DNA from: Trichinella spiralis
Lineage: Eukaryota
Direction of reading: 5' to 3'
Length of the DNA: 64,000 bases
NCBI RefSeq assembly: GCF_000181795.1
Contig: NW_003526943.1
Span: 6,664,122 to 6,728,121, forward strand
Under the pieces are notes generated by a model. It searched no databases, had not been told where the DNA came from, and saw only the letters and a program-made list of their open reading frames with translations. A program made the translations under genes and the position numbers. The number at the start of each line of letters is the position of its first letter. The stretch's first letter is position 1. Below, piece after piece: positions 40,101 through 52,781 of the stretch.

Positions 40101-41637
40101 TTGTTGTTTCTTTCAAACTTTTTCAGATCAAAACAAAAATATACAATTATCAACAAAATTAACAAAAACAAACATTTCCATTAATATATTTAAAATAGCA
40201 TTAAACGTGATATTGTACTGAATGACAACTATTTCTGGTCAAATTTGTAGCTTTCGAAAAAGCTTCTTCAAAATTTTTCGCTTTTGTCCGTCCCTTCATG
40301 ACAAATAATAAGTATCCTCGAGTTTTCTTCTCTACGGTTCAGTTTAGTCGAGCAGTTTCTCTGTTCTCCTTATATCACAAAAAATTAATTTTATTTATAT
40401 TAGAAGAATTTGTTCAATTTTATGAAAAATATTTTTCAAACTTATTATCTTCAATTTATTTTGCATGTCTTATGTGGATTAATTGATTACATCAAATAAT
40501 TTCAACCGACAAGTCTGTAGTCACGAAATGTGGTTGGTTTCAGATGTCAGATATCGGATTTTCACTGCAATTTCTTGCTTTCTTCTGCATTATTTTTGTT
40601 TACACTTTTTTGCATTCTATGTAACACATACAAAGCTAAAATATTTTAATCTTAAATTATAAAAAAACAGTTTCGGGTCAAAAAGACAGATGCCTCAGTT
40701 TTCCAGGCGGGTAACGCCCTTCTGAAAGCTTCATTCCATTTTTCATTGACAATCGATCATTAATTTTTCGAAAAAGCCGCTATTGAAAATACGAGCATCT
40801 GGCGTTCAGTCGCTGTGAACCAAGTTGAATCCAAATTAATTTGTTTTAATTGACGACCGTATTTTTCTAAATCATTAAATTTCAACTTCAGTTTGCATAT
40901 TCTTCAAAAAAAGCAACTGCTCACTGGCAGCTAGCTCTAATAATAGAACTATTTTTTGTTTGCTTGTTTCAGGGCAGGCACATGTGAATCTTTTTTGAAG
41001 AAACATCTTTCACCACCCCATCAATCCTTTGTTGATCAGCTCGTCGTAAACAATTTCTTCAATCAACCAATCAAATGGCAGCAGAAGAAATTTACTCTGC
41101 CAATGTTTAGTTTCAGAAGAATTTTTGTCTTTGCTATTAATCACAAGAAAAGCCACAATTCCAAATTTTACAAATCAAATCTCAACCTGACAGCTGTTTC
41201 CTGGAATTCTTCAAGCACAAGTGTTGCTTTTGTCAAGCATTTTATTTGTTACAGCTAGAATGCACTACATCTGCTAGATTTCTAAAAATGAAGAGGTATT
41301 AAAAAGAAAACAGAGATCAGAGTAGAGATTCAGTATATGCAAGTTTAAATATACAAGTAAAAAAAAGAAGCACTGATTAAGCTGTTATTACAAATAAATT
41401 CGTTTATGTCTAAGTACTGAGAATCCATCTCAATATAACCAAAAAAGGGATACCATTTACTCGTCAGCTCAATTTTGATTTTCTTTTTTCATTGGCTGTT
41501 TACTAATTGGCGAATGATTTGTACTATTTCATTAGCTATTCACTTTTGATTTGTTATTGGATGATGATTGTTTATCAAAATTTGACCAAATATAGATAGA
41601 TGCTCTGCCACTGATTTACACTATACAGATAATTTGT

Positions 41638-44600
41638 CCAGTTCGGGGCAGATTTTTATTGCGTTTTCTTACTGGTCGTTCAGCGCGCTATTTATTGGAC
41701 CTTCATGTCGTTGTCTTATTGGGTTTTCATTGTCTAATTGCTCATTGATTCAAACCTTTCACTTGTGATTAGCTGTAATTTTTTTTCGTTTCATTATTTC
41801 AAATATTCCATTCAGGATTACGTAACTTTAAATAGTAGTAACATAACATTAATAATCAAAATAGTAATTATTTCAACAATTTATTGACATCCGTGATAAC
41901 GCAAAAAAATTACATCGAAAGCTGCCCGCTGGATGAGCACTTGGGGTACAAAATGGAAAAATGGCAGATTTGAAAAAGCAAAGAGCGGAAGAAACAAAAC
42001 CCATCTCCGCCATATACGACAAAGAAGTTTACGCCGCGTACGCTGAACCATCAACATCTGTTGGCTATTTTCCGGTTTTGAAACGAGTAAAGTCCACGAT
42101 GTACAGCCACCGGTCAAAGTGCTACCTAAAACTTCCTGAACATCGTCGGAACCTGGAAATCCCTGACGCATTCAGGACAGCAAAGGCCGGTGAAGATTTT
42201 TTGCTGTAGCAGAGTGCATCGAGGAATATAATAATATTTGCTACGGATTCTAACATTAGACTGCTGGCAACCAGGAGAATCTGGGGTATGGGTTGTACAT
42301 TCAATATTCTATCTCAATGGTATCAACAACTTTTTACCATCCATGCATAAAATGAAACTGGTTTCCTGTTACAAGCATGACTTTTTGTGTCGATAATCAA
42401 AGCAATGGTATCAGCTTGCAGTAATTTCTCGATGTTATTAGTAAATCATTTGCTTTTATAGAAGTAATTAAAAATAATCATCCACTCGTCAACGTTGGAG
42501 GGTTTCTCTTATATATATTTAAGACAACATTAGCCATGAGTACAGATAAGGCCGAATGCTCGTGATCTGATACCAGTTGAATTAGTAATATGAGCACCGA
42601 CACGAAGTGTTCGTTCCAAAGTTTGCATTGCATCCAAACAGTGTGGGTGCAATCAGTCTTCGCACCGAGATGTAAAGCCGCAGGCAACATCTTTTCGCTT
42701 TTACGATGCTCACAATGTGTTTTATGCTTATAAATTGGCACTTTAAAGAGCATAAAATTTTTTTATTTTAATTTTTTTATTTATTAATTTTTATTTTTTA
42801 TCTTTAACAGATATGATTAATAAATAATTAATAATATGGAAGTAACTGAAAATAATTATCGACTTGTCAACATTGGAACCTTTCATTTATGTATTTGTAA
42901 AGAAGATTAGGCATGGGTACAGATACGGCCGAATGCACGTCATCTGATACCGGTTGAATTAGTAATATGAGCACCGACGTGAAGTGTTGGTTCCAGAGTT
43001 TGTATTGTGCCCAAAGAGTATGGGTGCAATAACTCAGTACATCGGGATGTAAAACCCGGAAACAACATTTCTTTGATTTCACAAAGCTCTTAATGTGTTT
43101 GTTTTATGCTTTTAAATTGGCTCTTTGAAGAGTATAAAATTTTTTTATTTTATTTTTTTTATTTATTAATTTTTATTTTTTATCTTTAACAGATATGATT
43201 AATAAATAATAATATGGAAGTAACTGAAAATAATTATCGACTTGTCAACATTGGAACCATTCATTTATGTATTTGTAAAGAAGATTAGCCGTGGGTACAG
43301 ATACGGCCGAATGCACGTCATCTGATACCGGTTGAATTAGTAATATGAGCACCGACGTGAAGTGTTCGAACCAGAGTTTGTATTCTATACAAACATTGTG
43401 CGTATAATGGCGCCAAATTTAGTGAAATTCAGAATTTTTCAGCTTTTACGATGCTCGTTATGTGTTTTATGCTTATAAACTGGCTCTTTGAAGAGCATAA
43501 AATAATTTTGAAGTACACGAAACAAATTGTAATTTTAAACCTGAATAAAATGCATAAGCAATAATGCACCAAGCATACAATGCAACAAATTGAACAAGTT
43601 GCGCAGGTAACGCGAACTGTTTTTATATTTTTTATCTTTAACAGATATGATTAATCAATAATTTTAATATAGAAGTAACTGAAAATAATTATCCACTTGT
43701 CAACATTGGAGCATTTCTCTTATATATTTATTTTTTAAGCCGTGGACGTTGAAAGCAATGCCTATTTTACTACATATCGAGAAGTGTGTTGTTGTGTGGT
43801 TGGTTACAAATTGACGTTACGATGACGATAAAATAATTTTGAAGTTTGCAAGAAAATATGCAAGTTTAAAAGTAAATTGAATACACACCGCAACAATAAT
43901 TTCAGCAGTTATGCGCAATAGCAGTGTGTTGAAGTTACGCTTGACAAACAAAACTTTGTTTGGTTCCAATCCAATCAAAAAAACCAACAAAAGTTAATAT
44001 ATCGAGGCAGATGCTTTACGTTGAAGCGTACAAAGTAAAACGATAAAAACTGCAAGTGTGCCAACGTAAAAGAGAAATAGCTCGCACCTTCTTATTGTTA
44101 TATTACAAGCTAGCATTTTCGGTTTCAGTTTAGAAATCCATCGGCTGCTATGCAACAATCTCCACCAATTGGGAAGTGATACAAGTCATCCGTAGCGGTG
44201 AACATGTGGAGAGCTGCACAGAAAATAAACACGCTTCATACAAATTATAGAAGCCGGACAAACTCAAATAGTGGGCCTTCGTTAGATCCAAGGTTAGTGC
44301 CAGGTGCAATTAGTGTAGCAATAATTAGCTGGAAAGCAGTGTCTCCACCAGCTTGAAAACAGCCGATCAGTTTTTAGCGTGGGGCCAGGTCCAGGATACG
44401 ATATACATTAGCCCAGCCAGAGATCAATGCTGAACAAACGATGACCAAATCCAGTCAGCAGCTTTTAATATATTATCCGCCAACCAATTATATATTAAAC
44501 TTTGCGAACAAGACTTTGGCAAATCGCCTGGCTTGGAACGTTAAAAAACGAATTACATTCACAATCAGAAAAATTAATGAAAAGGTTGAAATGCTAATGA

Positions 44601-44972
44601 TATTAGCATTTCTGTTAGTGCACCTTGTATCCGCGGGTTTCGAAATCTTAAATGTTGGGGCGTCGGTTCAAATTGAAACCTTGTTCGAGTACCTTCAGCA
44701 GGAATGGGTTATGAATGTTAAAACATCATAAATTGTGATAAAAATGACCAAAAATTTGAAAATATTAAAAATTCCACTATTAAAGTTAGAAAAATTGTAA
44801 AAAGAAATATTTGAACCAATAAAACGCAAAATATTGAAGCTAATCAAAATGGAAAAGATTGAATCAATGAGCAATTAGACAAAAAAAACCAACAAGACAA
44901 CGCCACGAGCGTCGAATAACAATGCTTTCAATGATCAGTAAGAAAACGCGATAAAAATTTGTTCCTCAGCTA
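41638..44972 (+). mobile_element. Degenerate Mutator-like (MULE) element or composite bounded by ~250-bp inverted repeats
   Basis: Transposase remnant 41961-42346 (...RVKSTMYSHR...IPDAFRTAKAGEDFLL*QSASRNIIIFATDSNIRLLA..RIWGMGCTF...WYQQLFTIHA). 41638-41890 is an imperfect reverse complement of 44722-44972 (e.g. TTGTCTAATTGCTCATTGATTCAA / TTGAATCAATGAGCAATTAGACAA). Confidence 0.75.
42370..43960 (+). repeat. Array of ~380-460 bp tandem units
   Basis: Unit starts GTCAAC(A/G)TTGGA near 42488, 42866, 43245 and 43699 (partial); core CAGATACGGCCGAATGCACGTCATCTGATACCGGTTGAATTAGTAATATGAGCACCGAC. Confidence 0.92.
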
Positions 44973-46119
44973 GATTATGCATGAAAATTTTTATAAAATT
45001 GCTTTGTAAGAAATGAATGCAAAATTCACATCCATGCAGCTATTACTTTACATGTATTAACTGTAGAAAACAAACAACCAACATAAAAGTAGCTCTGATG
45101 ATAATACTGTTTTCTGTTACATTGCCGATACACATACAAAAAGCTCAGATTATAATATAAACTTTGTTTATACAGTACAATACAATAAAAAAAAATTAGC
45201 AGCCAAAATTTTTCATAAAATCACAACTTTTTCTCTAGCAACAATTTTTTTTATCATTTGTTAAGATATCATTTTTGGACTTTTCATTAGTAGTACTGCT
45301 TCCTTTTATGCAGACACAATTCTTTTTGTTTTTATTCTTCAGTAACAATTTCAGGAAATTAAATACACTTAAATTTCATCGAAGGAAAAAATTTATTTAT
45401 GTTCAAGATGTGTTTCTAAGACAACTACTATGTTTACTTTATGACTTTGCCCAACGCCCTTCGTAATTTAAAAAATTAAAAATTATTCAAGTATTTTTCT
45501 CACTAAAAACGATGTAAAATGTTTTGGTTGAAAACAAAAAAGAATTTTTACTATGTAATGTAGCACTTGTTAAAATAAGGAAAGTATTTAGCTTTCTTTA
45601 ATACTAATCATTCCTAGTGTCAGTTCAACAACTGCTGTTTTGGAGAAATTGGCAGTTGTGAATTTTATCTTTCTATTAAAATCATCATTTGCTTAGCAAC
45701 AGCACATGATAAATATTGCAACCGTTAAATTGTTACTTTTTGAAGTGTTATCCAATGACAGAGAAGTTGAAAACTTTTTATTTCAAAAGCAACGATTGCA
45801 ACGATGCAAAGCAAAATGAAATTTCTCATGCTTGACCAGCAGATGCAACAATATTATAAATTATACGCAAAATTGTAACAATAAGAAAATTTTGCTATTA
45901 AGCTTGAAATTTTAAAATGCCAGTTGCTTTCACTTCGCAATTCTGTTGACTGAAACGGTTATTTGGAAACAGTCATCAATCAAACTTCAATAGAACAGTT
46001 GTGTTCTAACATCCGGTAAAGCTGTTTGTTTTCTGAAGATGAAAGTGAAGCTTTCTTCATTTTACCACATTTTCATTTTCTGGGCTTGACTTCTTGCTTT
46101 GATTCTTCTCATCTACTAT

Positions 46120-46900
46120 CTTATGGTAGACGATTAGCTGCTGTTTGATTTTAAATGCTCGAAACAACTATACTTTAATATATGAAGGAAGAGTTTACCA
46201 GCTGAAGCACACAAATTTTGAAGATAAACAATGGGTTTGCCAAGGCGTAAATAATGTTTTATTAAATTATAAATATGCATGATTATGAACAATCATTGAC
46301 GTTCTTTTTATAGGTAAAAAGAAGATTCAGGAGTGCAATGCACACGAACTCAAATGTGAATGCTGTGTTGAAATTCGCTCCTCATGCTCATAATTGTACC
46401 CCATACAGCAATATCTTACATAAAATTGAAAAATGTAATCTTAAACGCGGAGCAGCTGAATAAGAGAAGCTCGTTTTACACATTTATACCAGCAGTATAT
46501 CTGTGAATTTGGAACCAATCGGTTTTCAATATACAGAAAAGTGAATGCTCTAACGAACAGAAGCCAGGCAAAAAGATTTCCCCTGCTGTCAGCAACTGAA
46601 AATTCCTGCAGTCAGCCAAAAGGCAATGTCTAAGTGACTGCTTTCGTGGTGTAATGTATATGATCGTATTTTAATATTTGAAAATTTGAGTCCTATTTGA
46701 ACACTCTGTCTGGAGCACTGATACCAGGTTTAAAATTACTCCTGAATGGTACCAGCAGATGTTCACCATTCATGTTTTTCTAGAGTGTAAATTAATCTCG
46801 CTTGTATAATGTTGGAAGACTATATTGTAAAATTTTGAATAAATGTTAAAGGCGGCATAGTTACATGTTGTCTGTCCTTCAACTACTTAAACGATAATTT
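46120..46900 (+). mobile_element. Degenerate FLYWCH-MULE transposase remnant
   Basis: YEGRVYQLKHTNFEDKQWVC (46181, FLYWCH-like), PHAHNC, and WSTDTRFKITPEWYQQMFTIHVFLECKLISLV*C (46710, degenerate MULE DGTF...QLFTIH motif), with stops. Confidence 0.8.
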
Positions 46901-48819
46901 GTGACTTATCAAACCAACAACAGAAAAAAATTGCGCAAGCTAGTTAAGTTGTTAAACGCCGAAAATAGAAATAAGAAAAAATTGAATTTTTTTACAAATT
47001 GAATTTCTTATCTCACTGCAATACTGAACAAAAAATATCAAACGCACACAAAAAATAGTTAATCTGTGCAAAAGCATCTTCAATTTGTGCCTTTGTCGAG
47101 TCAATACAAAGAGCATGGCTTCTAAAGCGGAATAATTTTTACATCCCGCAAAGACAGCCCGAAGATTTGACTGATATCTTCACACACCAGGATACCGGCC
47201 AATTTTATATTGCAGGTATGTTATTCAGATTTATCATTACCCCTTTATAGGCACCATTTGTCTGAGATACTTCACACTACCCCGCCAAAGTTGGCGTTTC
47301 AGTCCTTACGACCATTACAATGTCAAGCTGAAGTTGAATATGCAAATGCCTGAAATTTCTGCAACGCTGTCTCAAAGTATGTCACCGTTTTTGTCAGGCA
47401 GTGAACCCCAGCTAGTGCTCAATTATTGAGCATGCAGAATAATGAGAATGAAAGCCAGAGCGACAGATAATTTATGCTTGAAGGCTATCAACGAGGATAA
47501 TTAGGAATGACCATATTTTGGGAGAACACATGCGGTGAGTATTGGGGCACAACTTTATGGAGGAAACTTCAACAGTAAACCAACTTTTGTTGGCTTTCTA
47601 TTGTTAAGAAAAATAATTTTAAAATACAATAGATCAGTAAATTTATAAGCGCCGATTTTTAATCTAAATGTTCCACATTTCCTTATCATTGAAATACAAA
47701 TATTGCAACTGCAGTGTTCCGTCAACCTAGTGTCCGTTTACTTTGGAAATTGAGAAAAAGTTTTGCACAATTCGCAAAACTAGATAAACAAATGTTTCTT
47801 TATTTATAAATAAAATTGCACATTTTTATTTATATATTTAAATAAAGCCAAGAATAGAACGGAAAAAACGCTGGTCAAAAAACTTAGTAAAGATGAAAAA
47901 AAAATTCGATTTCAAGCAGAATGATTGGAATAGAACGGTCACGCACGCTAAAATTAGAAAAGTATTTCGATGCTAGCATTTATTAGTTGCCACATCTGCT
48001 TTTAGCTGACAACTGCAGCTGCGGATAATTTGTCAATTGTCTGTTTTCCGTTTAAACTAAAATCGCCTTAATCCACTGATCCGTTACGACAAACGTGAAC
48101 AATTTCCTACAAACGGAAACGCACCATATGCACATAACATTTGAAATTGTAAGTAACCAAGTAATTTATTTGATGAGAGAAACAACTGTTTAGTTGACAT
48201 CGTTTTGAATAGTACTTATGCAGTCGGGTAGAAAAATGTAAATTTCTTTGAAGATGCCAACGGAAAGGACGCTATGCTTGCACCAAACAGAAAAACTGTT
48301 AAAGCTTCTTCATTTCACAAGGCAGTCGAAATGACATCCTTGGAAATCCACAGCATTGGTGCGCCAACTGTGTACAATTCACTTCTGTCTGTCCACATGT
48401 GTACAATGTTCCGCATGAAGAAAGGATAATTGGCGTAACAACCAATATTGCATATCAACTAAACGATCCGTTTGCTCTAATTTCCTGATGTTATTAGTAA
48501 ATGGTGAGCCTGTAAAGAAGCAAATAAAAATAAATAGTAGCTCACGTGTTAATATTCGCAGGCTGCTGCTACCCTTATACATCTTAAAATTACATTAACT
48601 GTTGGTGGAAATACAGCCTAAGACGCGTGGTCTGTTACCTCTCCAATTAGCCTGAAATTCACCGATACGAAGTGTTGGAATCGTACTGTAGTTGCAGTAA
48701 TCCCATGACGGTGGAACTAAATTCACTGTATCCACAGGGTATGAGTGCAATGAATCGGTGTGGGAGATGGATTTCTAAGCATTGCAGCAGAGTCACTGTC
48801 CATCTTTTAGATATTTGGC

Positions 48820-49885
48820 AGTGTGGTGCATATTTGTAATTTGGCGCTTTAATGATAATAAAATAATTCTGAAATTCATAAAACAAGAGTATATTAAAAC
48901 CTGAATAAAATGCTCAATCATTGCATCAAGCAAACCATGCAACGAATTGAGCATGTTGCGCAGTTACCGGATTTGTTTCATATTTTTCATCTTTAACGGA
49001 TGTTATTCATATAAATAAATAACAATTAACGTTTTGTTCAAAACATGATTTTTGTGCTTCGATAACCAAAGCAAACAATGAGTTTGCAGTTATTTCCGGA
49101 TGTTATTACTAAACGTTAACTGCTGAAGAAGCAATTTAAAATAATCATTCACTTATCAACATTGGAACATTTCTCTTATATATTTGTAAAAGAACATTAG
49201 CCATGGGTACAGATACGGCCGAATGCACGTCATCTGATACCGGTTGAATTAGTAATATGAGCACCGACGTGAAGTGTTGGTTGCAGAGTTTGTATTGTAC
49301 CCAAAGAGTATGGGTGCAATAACATCCCTACATCGGGATGTAAAACCCGGAAACAACATCTTTTTGATTTCACAAAGCTCTCAACGTGTTTTATGCTTGT
49401 AAATTGGCTCTTTGAAGAACATAAAATAATTTTGAAGTACACGAAACAAATTGTAATTTTAAACCTGAATAAAATGCATAAGCAATAATGCACCAAGCAT
49501 ACAATGTAACAAATTGAACAAATTGCGCCGGTAACGCGGACTGTTTTTATATTTTTTATCTTTAACAGATATGATTAATAAATAATTTTAATATAGAAGT
49601 AACTGAAAATAATTATCCACTTGTCAACATTAGAGCATTTCTCTTATATATTTATTTTTTAAGCCGTGGACGTTGAAAGCAATGCCTATTTTACTACATG
49701 TCGAGAAGTGTGTTGTTGTGTGGTTGGTTATAAATTGACGTTACGATGACGATAAAATAATTTTGAAGTTTACAAGAAAATATGCATGTTTAAAAGTAAA
49801 TTGAATACACACCGCAACAATAATTTCAGCAGTTATGCGCAATAGCAGTGTGTTGAAGTTTCGCTTGACAAACAAAACTTTGTGT
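48820..49885 (+). repeat. Second array of the 42.4-44 kb repeat family
   Basis: 49150-49885 closely matches the 42865-43960 units and ends at the same ACAAACAAAACTTTGT; 48860-49020 is a more diverged copy of 43500-43660. Confidence 0.92.
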
Positions 49886-50821
49886 TTGGTGTACTGCAAC
49901 ATAAAATGGCTGATAAAATTTTTGTTATCCATCTTTGCAGTGCATTCTGAAATAGTAGAGCACCGACTGACTGACAACTATTAAGGCAAATGATGGTGGA
50001 TTTGAAATGGTTGTTGGGAAATCTGTTCGCAATTGAAAATAGTAAAAGCAGAAAAATTCGCTTGTTGGTGCGCAAATTGGTATGTATCTGACGAGAAAAT
50101 CAAGAAAAACAGTGACAAAGAACAGTACTGACTTGTGAATTGCTTTCACAGTGGGAAAAGCCAGTTGCAGCTTAAAATGATGTGCAACGGGTGTTTCGAT
50201 TCGCACCAAGCATTGTTGGCTGCTCGTCACATGCTGAACAGTAGATTAGCAGAACAAGTTCGACTATTCGATTGATAATGATTTGAAGCGATGACAGATA
50301 TGCAATTGAATATTCAATGAGCTAATGAGAAATTTTTTTTAATTTTAAATTTTTCTTTGCAAAATACATATCAGTCATATTGGTCATTTACTTTCTTTTA
50401 TTCGTAATTTTCAATGGTTTGATTAAATCGAATCAATTAAATACCAATGCCGCCACAATGAATTAATTTTGGACACACCATCCATCGCCTGATATGCATG
50501 CGTTCACCGTATATCATTGTATATGCGCATTTTCAGTGATAAAGTTCTTTTTTACACAGATATACAAACACAAAAGATGAAAAATTTCAGGATAATATAT
50601 ATATATAGATGGAATTAAAATATAACAAAAAAGAAAAGAAAAGAAAAGAGAACCAATAAAAACTGAAAAACAAACAAAACTGCTTGAAAAAAGCAAACTT
50701 TTGTGATTTTGCAGAAATTTCCAAAAAGACAGCATTGAAAATATAATACATTGTAGGATTTGTTCAACGTCGTCTGAAAACAAAACAGAAAACAACACCA
50801 CAGTCGATGATGGATGATTGG

Positions 50822-52724
50822 TCAGTCTGTTTTCTTGGCAACGGATGATGATGATGATGATTTGCTTTCTTTCAGCTTCTCTGCAATCCAGGCGTCGATT
50901 TTATTTTTCAATTCCGTAGCTACAAAAAAAAGATAAAAAAATAAGAAATCCAATTCAATTTATAAACAAAAGAATAATAATTCAGTTTCATTTTACCTGG
51001 AATTAGCATAGATTCGTCCAACTGCTGCCTAGTGAACGGATCGGTAGGCTTGTTCAGCAAATGCCTGCGTATACTGCTCACGTCGGTGATGTTGCCAGAA
51101 GGTAATAACACCGGATTACGCATGATCGTGCCCATCAGCGGATCTGTCACAAAGTACAACAGCATTTGTTCACAACAGTTTCATAATGTTCATAAGAAAG
51201 AAAAAAAAACAAATTTCATTCTAAAATTTTACCCGTAAATTCTTCGGGAATATCGCACAGGATCACCTCCTGTTCGCGTTTCATTTCCCAAATTTGTTCA
51301 ACTCTCTCGGCCAGAAGTTTAAACTGTTCCACCTGGGAGACGGCTTTAATCTTGTGCCGAACAATACGACCGACCACATCTTCGAACAGCTGCTTACTGT
51401 AAGAACGCTGAACAAGAAAACATTTTCACTGTTTTGATCGACAAAACAATAATACAAAAAAAATAACAACAACACCTACCTCATCGTTGGCAATGGCAGC
51501 CGCAAATTTATCATTATCCAAATGTAGATAAATTTGTGTAAGCTGGTCTAGCAAAGCCCGCGGATCCCAGTTGAATCGTTGTGGATTTTTCACACGCAGA
51601 TGACGACATTTCGGACCGCACAGTTGAGCTAAATTGAAATTCAACATTGCCGCTAGCCGATCGCCAAGTTCCTGAAAAATGAATCCATTCAAGACAAACA
51701 CCAATAAAAGCAGTGCAAAAAAATTGGAAATGAAACCGGAAACAGCCATTAATTAGGCTGTGAAATTATTATGCATATTTTTTTCAAATAAAAAAATTAA
51801 TTACCGCAGACAGGAACGGCTCCTTGATGTCTTCAGTCATGAAATCGAACATGTCCACAATAACATGGGCCAACTGCAACGATGAACGGACCACCCTTTC
51901 GTCTTGCTGCATTTGTGACAAGATGCGTTCTCTTTCTTCCTTAATTATTAATAAAAACCAAATTATAATTATAATATCTATTCGCAGTTGCAGGAAATCA
52001 AACACTTGTGACCCGTACTTCTTGTACCATATTCCACTGGGTCACATCGTCCATAATACGTTGTGCTTCGTTTAGCCGTTTCAGTCCTTCCAAACTCTCG
52101 TCTAGCAGAAACGTGGTATCGTTGATCAGCATGTTGACAAAACGAATAAAATTTGAATCTGCTTCACTGAATGAAATAAGCAAGAATATTATTCAAAGCT
52201 TTCAATGAATAGAAAAAGAAGAACAAAAATTAAAATAAACAATGGCATCTCACTTGCAAAAGTCAATGATGACAAGCTTGTGTTGGGCATTTTGCCACAT
52301 CGACTTGAACACCGCCTGGATGTGAAATCGAATTGTAAATTTGTCAAAAAATTCCGTACTCGATCCCATCGATTCCACATCTGAAAAAAAAAATTTTTTT
52401 TTCATTCATAAATTTCTTCTTGAAATTGTTTGAAATCAAATTCGACGGGATACCGGAATAAAATTTGACCAAACTGCGGAAAAAGTTCGCAGGAGCAAGT
52501 GGATGATTCAGAATTGCCATGTGCAGAGAATGTGCGGCCGGTCTCAATTGTGGACAAGTGTAGAAGATCACCTCGACCACCTTGGCCACCAGGTATGGAT
52601 TTTTGAATTGGTCCGCATTGCAAACCAACGTCAGCAAACCGTGCGCCAGTGAATCACAGGAGCAATGCACTATCAGTTCAGGCGTTTCACTGAGCAATAA
52701 TGCAATGAATCAGGAGAAGAAAAG

Positions 52725-52781
<57 letters not shown>

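Noticed and set aside
30100..40500. Many 60-190 aa ORFs rich in F, I, Y, C around the RBMS gene
   Set aside because: Translations of T-rich low-complexity UTR, intron and intergenic sequence with no domain motifs.
42480..43700. Repeat-spacer pattern resembling a CRISPR array
   Set aside because: Units are ~380 bp, the spacers are themselves repeated, there are no cas genes, and the DNA is eukaryotic.
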